NCBI GenBank assembly: GCA_045106895.1
Contig: JBGCFM010000097.1
Span: 12,605-76,604 of the forward strand
DNA from: Polyangiales bacterium
GTDB taxonomy: Bacteria; Myxococcota_A; Polyangia; Polyangiales; Houyiibacteriaceae
Reading direction: 5' to 3'
DNA: 64,000 nucleotides
Shown here: positions 10,426-19,275 of the stretch, in pieces
Layout: each line of letters begins with the position of its first letter
How positions within the stretch are numbered: the first letter of the stretch is position 1
The notes under the pieces: model-generated
Seen by the model: the letters and a program-made list of their open reading frames with translations, nothing else
What the model was told of the DNA's origin: nothing
Database searches by the model: none
Translations under genes and position numbers: made by a program

Positions 10426-11616
10426 GTGAGCGAGTTTCTCAGCGCGATGTGGACGGTGATGCTGGAGCTCGCGCCCTGGCTCTTGCTTGGCGCGGCGGTG
10501 GCAGGTCTCCTTCACGTCTTGCTCCCTTCTGGGTTCGTTCGGAGAAACCTCCAGGGACGCGGCGGCGTCTTCAAGGCCGTAGCCCTCGGCGTCCCGCTGC
10601 CTCTCTGCTCCTGTGGCGTCATCCCTGCGGGACTGGGCCTCAAGAAGGACGGCGCCAGCGACGGCGCCAGCGTCGCGTTCCTCATCAGCACGCCTCAAAC
10701 CGGCGTCGACTCGGTGCTTGTGAGCGCTTCGATGCTGGGATGGCCCTTCGCACTCTTCAAAGTGGTCAGCGCGGCTCTCCTCGGCATCGTCGGCGGGCTC
10801 CTTAGCGGGCCTGGTCAAGGTGAGGCGGCGATGGCCGAAGTGGAGGAGAAGCCTCGACCCACCTGGAGGGCCGGCGTCGCGCACTCCGTCGAGATGCTGC
10901 GCTCCATCTGGGGATGGCTCGCCTTCGGCGTCGTCGCATCCGCCGCTATCACTGTGCTTGTTCCGACGGGCTCTTTGGCGTCCATGAACGCCGCCGGCGG
11001 GCTCCTCGCCATGGGCGCAGTCCTGGCGATCTCCGTGCCCCTCTACGTCTGCGCCACAGCCTCCGTGCCCATCGCCGCGGCCCTCGTTGCGGGAGGCTTT
11101 CCCCCGGGAGCTGCCCTGGTCTTCCTCATCGCCGGGCCGGCGACGAACGTCGCGACGCTCGGGGCCGTCTACGGCGCGTTCGGAAAGCGCATCGTCGCCG
11201 TCTACCTCGGAACCATCATCATCGGTAGTGTCGCCCTCGGGAGCGCCTTCGACTTTCTACTCGAGGGCTCTGTTGTGGAGGCTCACGTGCACGGCAGCTC
11301 CCCCGTCGCCGCGGTGAGCGCCATCGCCCTGGCCTTTACCATGGCCTTCTTCGCGATGGAGTCCGCCGCGCGCCGGCTCCGGCGAGCACCGAAGGGCCTC
11401 GTCCTGAACGTCGAGGGCATGACCTGTGGCGGCTGCGCGAAGAAAGTCGAGCGGGCCATCCTTGAGGTGCCGGGGGTCAACGCCGCACGGGTCAGCTTCG
11501 ACGAAAAGTCCGCGACTGTTGGTTTTGACCAAAGCGATGCCCGAGGCGCCGTCGTCGAGCGCATCGAGAGCATGGGTTACGCGGTGACGCCGGGGTCACA
11601 GGCGCCAACGCCCTGA
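10426..11616 (+). CDS. ArsP/DUF318 (SO_0444-like) metal permease with C-terminal HMA domain
   Basis: PLPLCSCGVIP, FLISTPQTGVDS, PLYVCATASVP, GPATN; GMTCGGC HMA motif. Confidence 0.9.
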   Translation: MSEFLSAMWTVMLELAPWLLLGAAVAGLLHVLLPSGFVRRNLQGRGGVFKAVALGVPLPLCSCGVIPAGLGLKKDGASDGASVAFLISTPQTGVDSVLVSASMLGWPFALFKVVSAALLGIVGGLLSGPGQGEAAMAEVEEKPRPTWRAGVAHSVEMLRSIWGWLAFGVVASAAITVLVPTGSLASMNAAGGLLAMGAVLAISVPLYVCATASVPIAAALVAGGFPPGAALVFLIAGPATNVATLGAVYGAFGKRIVAVYLGTIIIGSVALGSAFDFLLEGSVVEAHVHGSSPVAAVSAIALAFTMAFFAMESAARRLRRAPKGLVLNVEGMTCGGCAKKVERAILEVPGVNAARVSFDEKSATVGFDQSDARGAVVERIESMGYAVTPGSQAPTP

Positions 11617-11640
11617 GCTCATGCCCAGGGCGAATAAGGT

Positions 11641-12255
11641 TCAGTCGCAGGCGTAGGTAATGTCCACCGAGTAAGGGGTGGACGGGCCGCCCTCGTGGTT
11701 CACGCGGACCGAGAAGGAGCCACCATCTTCCACCCGTGCGGATGCGGTCTTTGGGCTGCTCGAGTCACGGCTCTCGTCTCGCAGCACCTCGCCATTGTTG
11801 AGATAGATCTGGAGGCCAATGTCGGACGCCGAGTTCTCGTAGGTCAAAGCTGCGCTCACCGTGCAGGTGCCGCATGCAGGTCGGCCTCCGCCTCCGCAGC
11901 CGACGCCAAGGCCGTAGCGGTGCCGGTCCCCTGGGCAGAGCGTCTCGGCCTGAGTCCACATGCCTCGATCAGAGCTACGTCCATTGACGGGCTCGGTGCT
12001 AATGGACGCGGAATCACACCGCGGTCCCGCGTCTTCACCCGGGCCTGTGTCCGGCTCGCCGCTGTCCACGCCGCCCCCATCTGTGGGCGCCGAGCAGCTG
12101 CAGACGCCGGTAATACCGCCGGCCTGGCAGGTCGAAGTTCCTACAACTCCCGGCGCGCAGGTGCAGGACGTGGTCTCTCCCACGGTGCAATCTTCCTCCT
12201 CACAAGCGGTGACGAAGAGGGTGATAGCGAGAGCGAGGATCATTCGAATTGGCAT
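11641..12255 (-). CDS. Cys-rich lipoprotein with PPC-like C-terminal domain
   Basis: Lipobox VTAC, CTVGETTSCTC, DIGLQIY...FSVRV...YSVDI; GGAG RBS. Confidence 0.7.
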   Translation of the reverse strand: MPIRMILALAITLFVTACEEEDCTVGETTSCTCAPGVVGTSTCQAGGITGVCSCSAPTDGGGVDSGEPDTGPGEDAGPRCDSASISTEPVNGRSSDRGMWTQAETLCPGDRHRYGLGVGCGGGGRPACGTCTVSAALTYENSASDIGLQIYLNNGEVLRDESRDSSSPKTASARVEDGGSFSVRVNHEGGPSTPYSVDITYACD

Positions 12256-12416
12256 TTAGACTCCTGATTCCCGGCACTTAGAACTCCGGGAGGAGATGGG
12301 ATGATTGACCCCCCAATTTAGTTGCAACGGGTGTTGAGCGTCAATGCCGGCGCAACGCTCTCCGGAGGCAACACTTTTGCGCTCAGCCCCCGTATTCTTC
12401 AGGGAGGCGGGCGCTC

Positions 12417-12842
12417 TTGAACGCTCTGCCGGGCAAAATGAACTTCTCGATTCAGTATCTCGATTCAGGGGTTGTGCTTTTCACCATCGGTGGACGCCCG
12501 AGTGCACCCGAGGCCAGCTCTGCCCTCAAAGAGACGTCAGCAGCCTTCAAGTCATGGGCATATCCGCGCTGCGTCGTGTTCGACCTGAGCGTGGAGGACG
12601 TCAAAGCAGATGTGCGACGTCTTGTGACCAACTGGCGACAAGAAAACGCCAGGCTGATTCCATCCGCCGTCCACGGAGCCGCGTACGTGGTTCGCTCTCC
12701 GGTCGTACGTGGCGTGCTTACGGCGCTCAACTGGGTCACCGGCACAAACATCCAGAACACAGTGTATGTCGAGACGCGGGCGGAGGCGCTCCGGCGTTGC
12801 GAACAGTGGAGCGCGGAACTCATGGCCCCCACCCGAGTCTGA
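12417..12842 (+). CDS. STAS/SEC14-like small protein
   Basis: AGGGAGG RBS; CVVFDLS...AAYVVRSPVVRGVLTALNW...EAL. Confidence 0.7.
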   Translation: MNALPGKMNFSIQYLDSGVVLFTIGGRPSAPEASSALKETSAAFKSWAYPRCVVFDLSVEDVKADVRRLVTNWRQENARLIPSAVHGAAYVVRSPVVRGVLTALNWVTGTNIQNTVYVETRAEALRRCEQWSAELMAPTRV

Positions 12843-12973
12843 CGCGAAGAGAACTCACGCGAAGCCCGAGGGCCGCCTTCGTGAAGCAGAGCGCCCACAA
12901 GAGTGCGGCCAGCGAGACACAAGCGCGGGGAAGAAAACGACGCGCGCCCGTGTTGCGGCGCACGGAAAGGAGC

Positions 12974-12990
12974 TGGCACGGCGCGTGTAA
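12974..12990 (+). promoter_or_regulatory. Possible sigma54-type promoter (imperfect -12)
   Basis: TGGCACG-GCGC-GTGTAA just upstream of the deacetylase ATG; -12 GC is GT. Confidence 0.25.
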
Positions 12991-13002
12991 CACGAGCGGG
13001 TC

Positions 13003-13968
13003 ATGCGAACGCTTGTCTCTCTCTTGGTGCTTTCTTTTCTCCTGGCTTCCCCCTTCGTGTTCTCAAGCGAGGCCCATGGACTCCGCCGCCGAACGGGCGA
13101 TGCCCACACGAGCCATGGCGCGGCGATTCAGCGTGATGAGGATGAGACCCCGGCGCCCGACGCCGAAGAGCCCGAGCCCCACGACGCCTTCGCCGAGCAC
13201 CTCGCCGGCGGCCGCACCACTCGCGGCATGGTCCCTCACCGCGAGCTTCACTTCACCTTCGACGATGGTCCGCGCCTCGACACCACACCGATCCTCCTCG
13301 ACCACCTGGACGCGCTCGGCATCCGCGCAACGTTCTTCGTGGTCACCCGCGGCTTCGATGGGAGCAATCGTGTGGACCGAGCGAAAGCGGCTCCCGCCCA
13401 GGGCATCATTCGACGCGGACACATCTTGGGTGGGCACACCCACACCCATCGTGACCTCACTTCGTTCTCGCTCGCGGAGCGCCGAGACGAGCTCGACACC
13501 GCCGAAGCCACCTTCGAGGACGTCCTCGGCGGCCGCCCCACCCTCTTCCGCGCACCGTTCGGTGCCCGAAACCGCATGGTCAATCGAGAGCTCCTACGTC
13601 GCGGCTATACACACATGCTCTGGAACATCACCTCTGGTGACACCACCAGCCGACGCGCGAGCGACATCGTCGAGGCCTTCGAGCGCTCCCTCGACATTCG
13701 AGAGCACCACTCACGCGGCAAAGGCGGCATCGTTCTCCTCCACGACACCAACACCCGCGTTGTCGAGGCCTTCCCCGCGATGATCGAGGTGCTCCAACGA
13801 CGCAACTGTGAGCTGCTTGAAGCCGGTGAAGAGCTCTGGGACGTCCTCGACACCCCCGACGCCTTCGTCGCGCCGCGCGGTGAGGAAGCCGCGATGGGTC
13901 TCGACGACGCGACGCGCGAAGTTCGACAGGCGGCGCTCCGAATCCGGACGGCACAACGCTGTCGCTAG
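13003..13968 (+). CDS. Polysaccharide deacetylase (NodB/CE4), secreted
   Basis: Signal peptide, TFDDGP, HTHTH, FRAPFG, IVLLHD. Confidence 0.92.
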   Translation: MRTLVSLLVLSFLLASPFVFSSEAHGLRRRTGDAHTSHGAAIQRDEDETPAPDAEEPEPHDAFAEHLAGGRTTRGMVPHRELHFTFDDGPRLDTTPILLDHLDALGIRATFFVVTRGFDGSNRVDRAKAAPAQGIIRRGHILGGHTHTHRDLTSFSLAERRDELDTAEATFEDVLGGRPTLFRAPFGARNRMVNRELLRRGYTHMLWNITSGDTTSRRASDIVEAFERSLDIREHHSRGKGGIVLLHDTNTRVVEAFPAMIEVLQRRNCELLEAGEELWDVLDTPDAFVAPRGEEAAMGLDDATREVRQAALRIRTAQRCR

Positions 13969-13981
13969 CGCGCCGTCCGCG

Positions 13982-14698
13982 CTACTCGAAGTCGCGGAGC
14001 GTGGCGAAGAGGCGCTCGAGACGGGCCAGCCTTTGAACGAGGACGTCGCCGCTCGCGCCTTCACGAACTGCTGCTGCGCTCTCCTCCAGGTAAGCTGCGA
14101 GGGCGGCTCGAAGCCCGAGGGATACCGTTGACCCTCCGAGCGCTGCCGGCTGAGGCGTAGGTTGGCTGGCGTGGGCAAGTTGGCCGCGGCTGGTGGCCGC
14201 GGGAGCCGGCGCGGGAACGGCTCGCGCTTTGGCTTCGTGACCTTTCACAGCGCTCTTTGCACCGTTGTGAGAGAGTGAGCCTTCTGCTTTGGAGAGCATC
14301 AAGGAACATACTTGATCATGGACGCCGCGGAGCTCCGCCGGAAGCGCGTGAAAGTGCAGCTCCTTGTCGACCTCCATCCTCACCTTGTCGAGGGCGTCCA
14401 CCGTGGGAGCATCAAAGGTCGCGCCGTGGGCCACGAGCTTCTTTTTGAAGAGTGCTTGGGCGATGCGAGCTACATGTTCCTCGCTTGCGTCAATGCCCAA
14501 GTAGCCGCCGATGCCTTGTTGGAGACCACCGAAATAGGTCGCAACGAAGCAGTCGAGGATGCCGTCACGAGCGGACTGCGCGTCGACGTTGCGCGAACCA
14601 AGACGCGCCTTGATACGCGTGGCGTAGCGCTCTTGTACGGCGGCGACATCTTCGGGTGTGCGGGTAACGGTTTTTTGAGGGCGGGTTGGAGTAGGCAT
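13982..14698 (-). CDS. Unknown protein, copy A (paralog of 16332-17024)
   Basis: ATG 22 nt after kinase stop; about 84% identical to copy B over the ~140-aa core (manual count). Confidence 0.85.
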   Translation of the reverse strand: MPTPTRPQKTVTRTPEDVAAVQERYATRIKARLGSRNVDAQSARDGILDCFVATYFGGLQQGIGGYLGIDASEEHVARIAQALFKKKLVAHGATFDAPTVDALDKVRMEVDKELHFHALPAELRGVHDQVCSLMLSKAEGSLSHNGAKSAVKGHEAKARAVPAPAPAATSRGQLAHASQPTPQPAALGGSTVSLGLRAALAAYLEESAAAVREGASGDVLVQRLARLERLFATLRDFE

Positions 14699-14720
14699 GA
14701 CGGTCTTTCTGACGAAGGAA

Positions 14721-16208
14721 CTACACGGAGCCGAGTTCGAGGAGGAGGACATCTTCTTCGTGGTCGAGGGCCAAGACATCGCGCCCCGCTCCCGGTGAAC
14801 TCGATGAAAGAGAGGGTGAGCTCGGTGAGCGCGGTGGCGGCTCAACGAGAAGCGCGCGACCGCACTGACGGCAAGAGACTCGAACCGCGACATCGGCAAA
14901 GGAGCGGTAGAGACTCGCGTGACCGCAACGGCAGACGTAAGCGTCTTCTCCATGCTCCGGGTGAATGAGCGGCTGATCGGGGCTCGAACGGCGGACTCGA
15001 TAGATCTCCGCGGACGAGTGTCCAACGAGACGTGCGCTCCCAAGATCTTCGAGGTGCCCCCAATAGCCGGCACCGACCTCGCGTCGCATCGCGTCTTCCA
15101 CGAGGATATCGCCGGTGCGCGCAAGTCGCATCGTACGAGCGGCACGGCTGACGCATTCGCCAGCGATGACTGAACCCACAGCCGCCGGTCCGAAGGTCAA
15201 CGCGGCGCGCACCCCGGCGCGACCTTCACGGAACTGACGGGCCCAGCGGAAACACGCCTCCGGCGCGTCAAAAGCCACGATGAGATCGCCGCCGATATGC
15301 TGGCCAACGACTCCGCCGTGCTCCGCGGCTGAGACACAAATCTCTTCGAAGTCCGCATCGCCGCCAATCGCGCAGATCGCTGCGTTTCTGGTGTGTCGCT
15401 CGGGCGGCGTCGGCGCCAGCGCGACGAGCGCGTCGTACGCTTCGATGCACGACACCGGCCGGCGCTGCGGGTCCTCCTCCAGAAAGCGGAGGATCAGGTC
15501 GCGAAGCTCGGGCGACACGCCCGCGAGCGATGGGCGGGGGAACGCACCCGTGGCGTGACCCACGGCGATTTCGATGGGTGTCCCATCGACGGGCGGGCTC
15601 CCCGTCAGCATCTCGACCATCATCGCGCCGAGGCTGTAGACGTCCGAGGAAGCGCTCGTCTTCATCGAGCGGAAGCGCTCCGGCGCCATGTACTCCGGTG
15701 TGCCGATGACGAAGTCGGCGCGGGTGATTCCGGGCTCGTCCGGGGTATGAACGAGCCCGAAGTCCGCGACCTTGGCTCGGCCCGTTTCCGCCTCGATGAG
15801 CACGTTCGCCGGCTTGATATCGCGGTGAACAAGTCCCAGCTCATGGACCGCCGCCAACCCGTCGGCGACCTCGCGGGCGATCCGCACGGTCTTCGCCTCG
15901 GAGAGCAAACCCTGCTCGATGACTGCATCGAGGGAAGGCCCTTCGACGTACTCCATGACAAGCCGCGGCTGACCGAAGTCCGTGAGTACCTCAAAAGTGC
16001 TTACAATGTGCGGATGCGCTAGGCGCGTGGTCGCCAATCCTTCACGTCGCAGACGAATCAACGCGTCTGGGTGTTCCGCAAACGCGGCGCTCAGTGTCTT
16101 TATGGCGACGGTGCGGTCGAGAACTCGGTCGTATGCGCGGTGAACACGCCCCATTCCTCCTTGACCAAGAATGGCTCCAAGCTCGTAGCGTTCGGTGGCT
16201 CCATGCAC
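14721..16208 (-). CDS. Ser/Thr kinase fused to a degenerate class III nucleotide cyclase-like domain and Zn ribbon
   Basis: GQGGMG, VAIK, HRDIKPAN, DFG, GTPEYMAPE; HGGVVGQHIGGDLIVAF...GECVSRAART; CRCGH...CRQCG. Confidence 0.88.
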   Translation of the reverse strand: MHGATERYELGAILGQGGMGRVHRAYDRVLDRTVAIKTLSAAFAEHPDALIRLRREGLATTRLAHPHIVSTFEVLTDFGQPRLVMEYVEGPSLDAVIEQGLLSEAKTVRIAREVADGLAAVHELGLVHRDIKPANVLIEAETGRAKVADFGLVHTPDEPGITRADFVIGTPEYMAPERFRSMKTSASSDVYSLGAMMVEMLTGSPPVDGTPIEIAVGHATGAFPRPSLAGVSPELRDLILRFLEEDPQRRPVSCIEAYDALVALAPTPPERHTRNAAICAIGGDADFEEICVSAAEHGGVVGQHIGGDLIVAFDAPEACFRWARQFREGRAGVRAALTFGPAAVGSVIAGECVSRAARTMRLARTGDILVEDAMRREVGAGYWGHLEDLGSARLVGHSSAEIYRVRRSSPDQPLIHPEHGEDAYVCRCGHASLYRSFADVAVRVSCRQCGRALLVEPPPRSPSSPSLSSSSPGAGRDVLALDHEEDVLLLELGSV

Positions 16209-16297
16209 TCCCCGTAGATGCGCGAGTCGTGCGTTTGTTACGGCCTAAGTTTGTCGCCGCCATGCCGCGCCCGACAAAGCGCCATCTTCAACCACCG

Positions 16298-16316
16298 CGC
16301 GAGACTTCGACTCGCG
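16298..16316 (-). terminator. Hairpin just downstream of copy B
   Basis: GCGAG-ACTTCGA-CTCGC inverted repeat about 15 nt past the stop; no U-tract. Confidence 0.3.
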
Positions 16317-16331
16317 CCGGCCACAAAGAAA

Positions 16332-17024
16332 CTATTCGAAGTCGCGGACCGTCGCAAAGAGTCGCTCAAGGCGCGCGAGACGTTTCGCAAGTTCATCATC
16401 GCTTGCGCCCTCTCGGACTGCCGCGGCGCTCTCCTCGAGATAAGCAGCAAGCGCGCTTCGGAGGCCAAAGGAGACCGTCGACGCCGGCTGCGGCGTTGGA
16501 CGCGTCGCCGGCGGCGCTTCCGGTGGACGAGACATGCGCCCAATCGTGAGCGGGGGATGCGACCCACGGCCTGTGACCGCGCTCTTCTTCCCATCGTGCG
16601 CGAGGGTGCCTTCGGCTTTCGAGAGCATCAAGGAACACACCTGGTCATGCACTCCCTTGAGTTCCGCAGGCAGCGCTTGAAAGTGCAGCTCTTGATCGAC
16701 CTCCGTGCGCACTCGATCGAGAGCGTCCACGGTGGGCTCATCAAAGGTCGCGCCGTAGTTGACGAGCTTCTTTCTGAAGAGCGCTTGGGCGATACGCGCA
16801 ACGTGTTCTTCGCTCGCATCGATACCCAGGTATCCACCGATGCCTTGCTTGAGACCACCGAAGTAGGTCGCCACGAAGCAATCCAGGATGCCATCCCGCG
16901 CGGACTTCGCGTCGACTTTGGGTGACCCGAGACGTGCTTTGATCCGCGCGGCGTATCGTTGTTGCACCGCCGAGATCTCCTCCGGCGTACGAGTGGGTCT
17001 GTGCGGTCGAGATGAAGTAGGCAT
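16332..17024 (-). CDS. Unknown protein, copy B (possible N-terminal extension to 17120)
   Basis: MPTSSRPHRPTRTPEEISAVQQRYAARIKARLG...RLERLFATVRDFE, paralogous to copy A. Confidence 0.85.
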   Translation of the reverse strand: MPTSSRPHRPTRTPEEISAVQQRYAARIKARLGSPKVDAKSARDGILDCFVATYFGGLKQGIGGYLGIDASEEHVARIAQALFRKKLVNYGATFDEPTVDALDRVRTEVDQELHFQALPAELKGVHDQVCSLMLSKAEGTLAHDGKKSAVTGRGSHPPLTIGRMSRPPEAPPATRPTPQPASTVSFGLRSALAAYLEESAAAVREGASDDELAKRLARLERLFATVRDFE

Positions 17025-17169
17025 AGATTCTTTCAATGTGGCCGTACCAAAGCCAAGTTCGGCCGCGAGAATATCCTCTCCATGGGTGACGGCCAACCGA
17101 TCTCGTTCGTTTGACGGCAACGGACAAGTCCGCCCGTACTACTACTTTGCCTTGACGGTATTGTCAGAC

Positions 17170-18534
17170 TTAGTGACTGAGCCGCGGGTCATCGCCATAG
17201 ACTCGGCCAGCCCAAGGAGCCGCCTTCTCCAGCTCCGTCGCGAGCGCAAGGAGCGTCGCTTCATCGCCGGCGCGCCCGCCAAACTGCACGCCAAGAGGGA
17301 GTCCCTTCGCGCTCTGACCCATCGGCAATGAGATGCCTGGAGCGCCCGTCACGTTCTGCACGAAAGTGAACGGACAGTACTCGACGATGCGTTTGAGCTT
17401 GGTCTTCCACGGAAGGTCCGGCGCTAAGTAACCGAGCTGCGGCGGCGGCGCTGCCATCGTCGGAGAAATGAGGACGTCGTAACGGTGCATGAGCTTCGCG
17501 TAGTCGCGCTCGAAACGTCGCAAGCGCCGAATCGCTCGGACCGCTTCGAGGGGCTGGCTGCGAAAGAAGCGACCCATCTGGCTTGTCCACGGCTCGACAT
17601 TCTTCGTGTCGAAGTCGCGGTGCACGAGCACCTTCCCTCCGGCGACCTGAACCCAACCGATCATCGCCCAGTAGAGCGTGAAGTCGTCGTTCAACGAGCC
17701 CACCGCCGGACAGCGGATCTCCTCCACGTGATGCCCGAGCTCTTCGCAGAGCTTCGCGGCGTCACGCGCAGCGCGCTGGTTGTCCTCATGAACATCGGAG
17801 GAGAGTCCGGACCTCGTGTAGAAACCAACGCGAAGCTTCTTAGGAGCCGGCGCGTGAAAGTCGAAGCCCATGGAGTGCCAGAAGGCGGTGGTGTCGCGCA
17901 CCGTGCGGGAGACACAACCGTGCACCGCGACGTTGATGGGGAGCACATTGGAGCCCGGCATGTCGAGACGCTTGCGACTCACCTTGAGGCCTACGAGGCC
18001 GCAGCAAGATGCAGGGATTCGCACGGAGCCGCCGCCATCGCTGGCGTGAGCGATGGGCACCACACCGGACGCCACGAGCGCTGCGGCTCCGCCGGAGGAG
18101 CCGCCGGAGGAGTGCTCCAGATTCCAAGGGTTGCGGCAGACGGGTCCGAGCAGAGGCTCCGTCGTCGCTGTGAGTCCGAACTCCGGCGTGGTGCTCTTTG
18201 CGAGGGAAACAAAGCCAGCGTCATCGAAACGCTTCACCACCGGGTCGCTTTTCTTCGACATATGGACGGCGCCGCGTGAGCCCCACGATGTCGCGAACCC
18301 CTTCACTTCGAAGAGGTCTTTGATCGCCGTAGGCACGCCGGCGAGGGGCGCGGACTTGTCCAACGTTCGCACACTCTCGCGCGCCCGCTCGTACATAGGC
18401 GTCACGATGGCGCCGAGTTCCGTCGCTTCCTCCGCGCGGGCGATGGCGGCCTCGCACACCTCGCTCGCGCTGACGTCTCCTCGACGGATTCGTTCGGCCG
18501 TTTCTACTCCATCCCACGTCGCGAGCTCTTCCAT
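17170..18534 (-). CDS. Amidase signature family protein
   Basis: GVPTAIKDL, GGSSGG, SDGGGSVRIPASCCGLVGLK. Confidence 0.93.
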   Translation of the reverse strand: MEELATWDGVETAERIRRGDVSASEVCEAAIARAEEATELGAIVTPMYERARESVRTLDKSAPLAGVPTAIKDLFEVKGFATSWGSRGAVHMSKKSDPVVKRFDDAGFVSLAKSTTPEFGLTATTEPLLGPVCRNPWNLEHSSGGSSGGAAALVASGVVPIAHASDGGGSVRIPASCCGLVGLKVSRKRLDMPGSNVLPINVAVHGCVSRTVRDTTAFWHSMGFDFHAPAPKKLRVGFYTRSGLSSDVHEDNQRAARDAAKLCEELGHHVEEIRCPAVGSLNDDFTLYWAMIGWVQVAGGKVLVHRDFDTKNVEPWTSQMGRFFRSQPLEAVRAIRRLRRFERDYAKLMHRYDVLISPTMAAPPPQLGYLAPDLPWKTKLKRIVEYCPFTFVQNVTGAPGISLPMGQSAKGLPLGVQFGGRAGDEATLLALATELEKAAPWAGRVYGDDPRLSH

Positions 18535-18643
18535 GGCGCGAACCGTAGTCGATTCTCAGAGTCCCGATAGGCGATTGAGCAGCAAACGAGGGTTTCGTCT
18601 CACGCCGAGAAGTTCATCCGCGTTTTCGCCACCGCTTCAACGT

Positions 18644-19211
18644 TCAAAGCGCAGCGTCGCCGATGAGCGGCGGAGCGTTCTCCAAGAGCACGAGAAGGTC
18701 GGCGACTGTGACAAGTTCCTGGTCTCCGAGCAGCTTTTGGAACTCCTCTTCCACCTGCCATGGCAACCTCTACGCAGTCGAGACCGTCGAAGCCGAGCTG
18801 GGCCATCGACGCGCTTTCCGTAACCTGCGCCGCAGGTGCGCCGTGTTGCACGAGGACTTCTTTGAGTCGCTGGAAGTTCGGCGAAGAAGTCAGCGCGCCT
18901 GAGCTCGCTGGTTCCTCGTCTCTCTGCGACTTCGCCGCGGGTGCATGAGAGTCGAAGTAGCGCTTCCCATCGGGGGACTCTTCGGTCCGGAGTACACCCA
19001 GATCGACCTGGTCTTGAAGCGCTTGTTCAACCTTCGCGAGGGGCTTCGACACCCGTCCCGCCATTTGCGTCGCGGTGAAGCCGGGTGTGTTGTGGCGGAT
19101 CAGGTAGCGGACTTGGCTTCCTAACATTTCGCGGTCGATCTTCTTTGAGCTCACGAACCAATAGATGGCTCCGAGCACCACCACAAACGCGACACCAATT
19201 GCCCAGTACAT
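18644..19211 (-). pseudogene. TM-wHTH-ACP-like fusion, frameshifted at ~18754
   Basis: LGFDGLDCVEVAMA then, skipping one G, VEEEFQKLLGDQELVTVADLLVLLE...* (stop 18644); matches the AcpP pattern LGxDSLDxVExxMAxEEEF...TVxD. Confidence 0.7.
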
Positions 19212-19275
19212 TCGAACGGCTTGCCATGTTCAACAAGCGCTGTCTATTCCGTCGCCGTCCCTCGGTGTGAGCGCG

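Noticed and set aside
12344..13783. 479-aa + strand ORF and other long shadow ORFs (20577-21689, 19165-20214, 32551-33906, 57359-58594)
   Set aside because: Off-frame or antisense ORFs typical of high-GC DNA, overlapping well-supported genes.
14699..15145. 387-aa version of copy A overlapping the kinase
   Set aside because: Alternate-frame readthrough of the kinase 3' end; paralog alignment starts at MPT.
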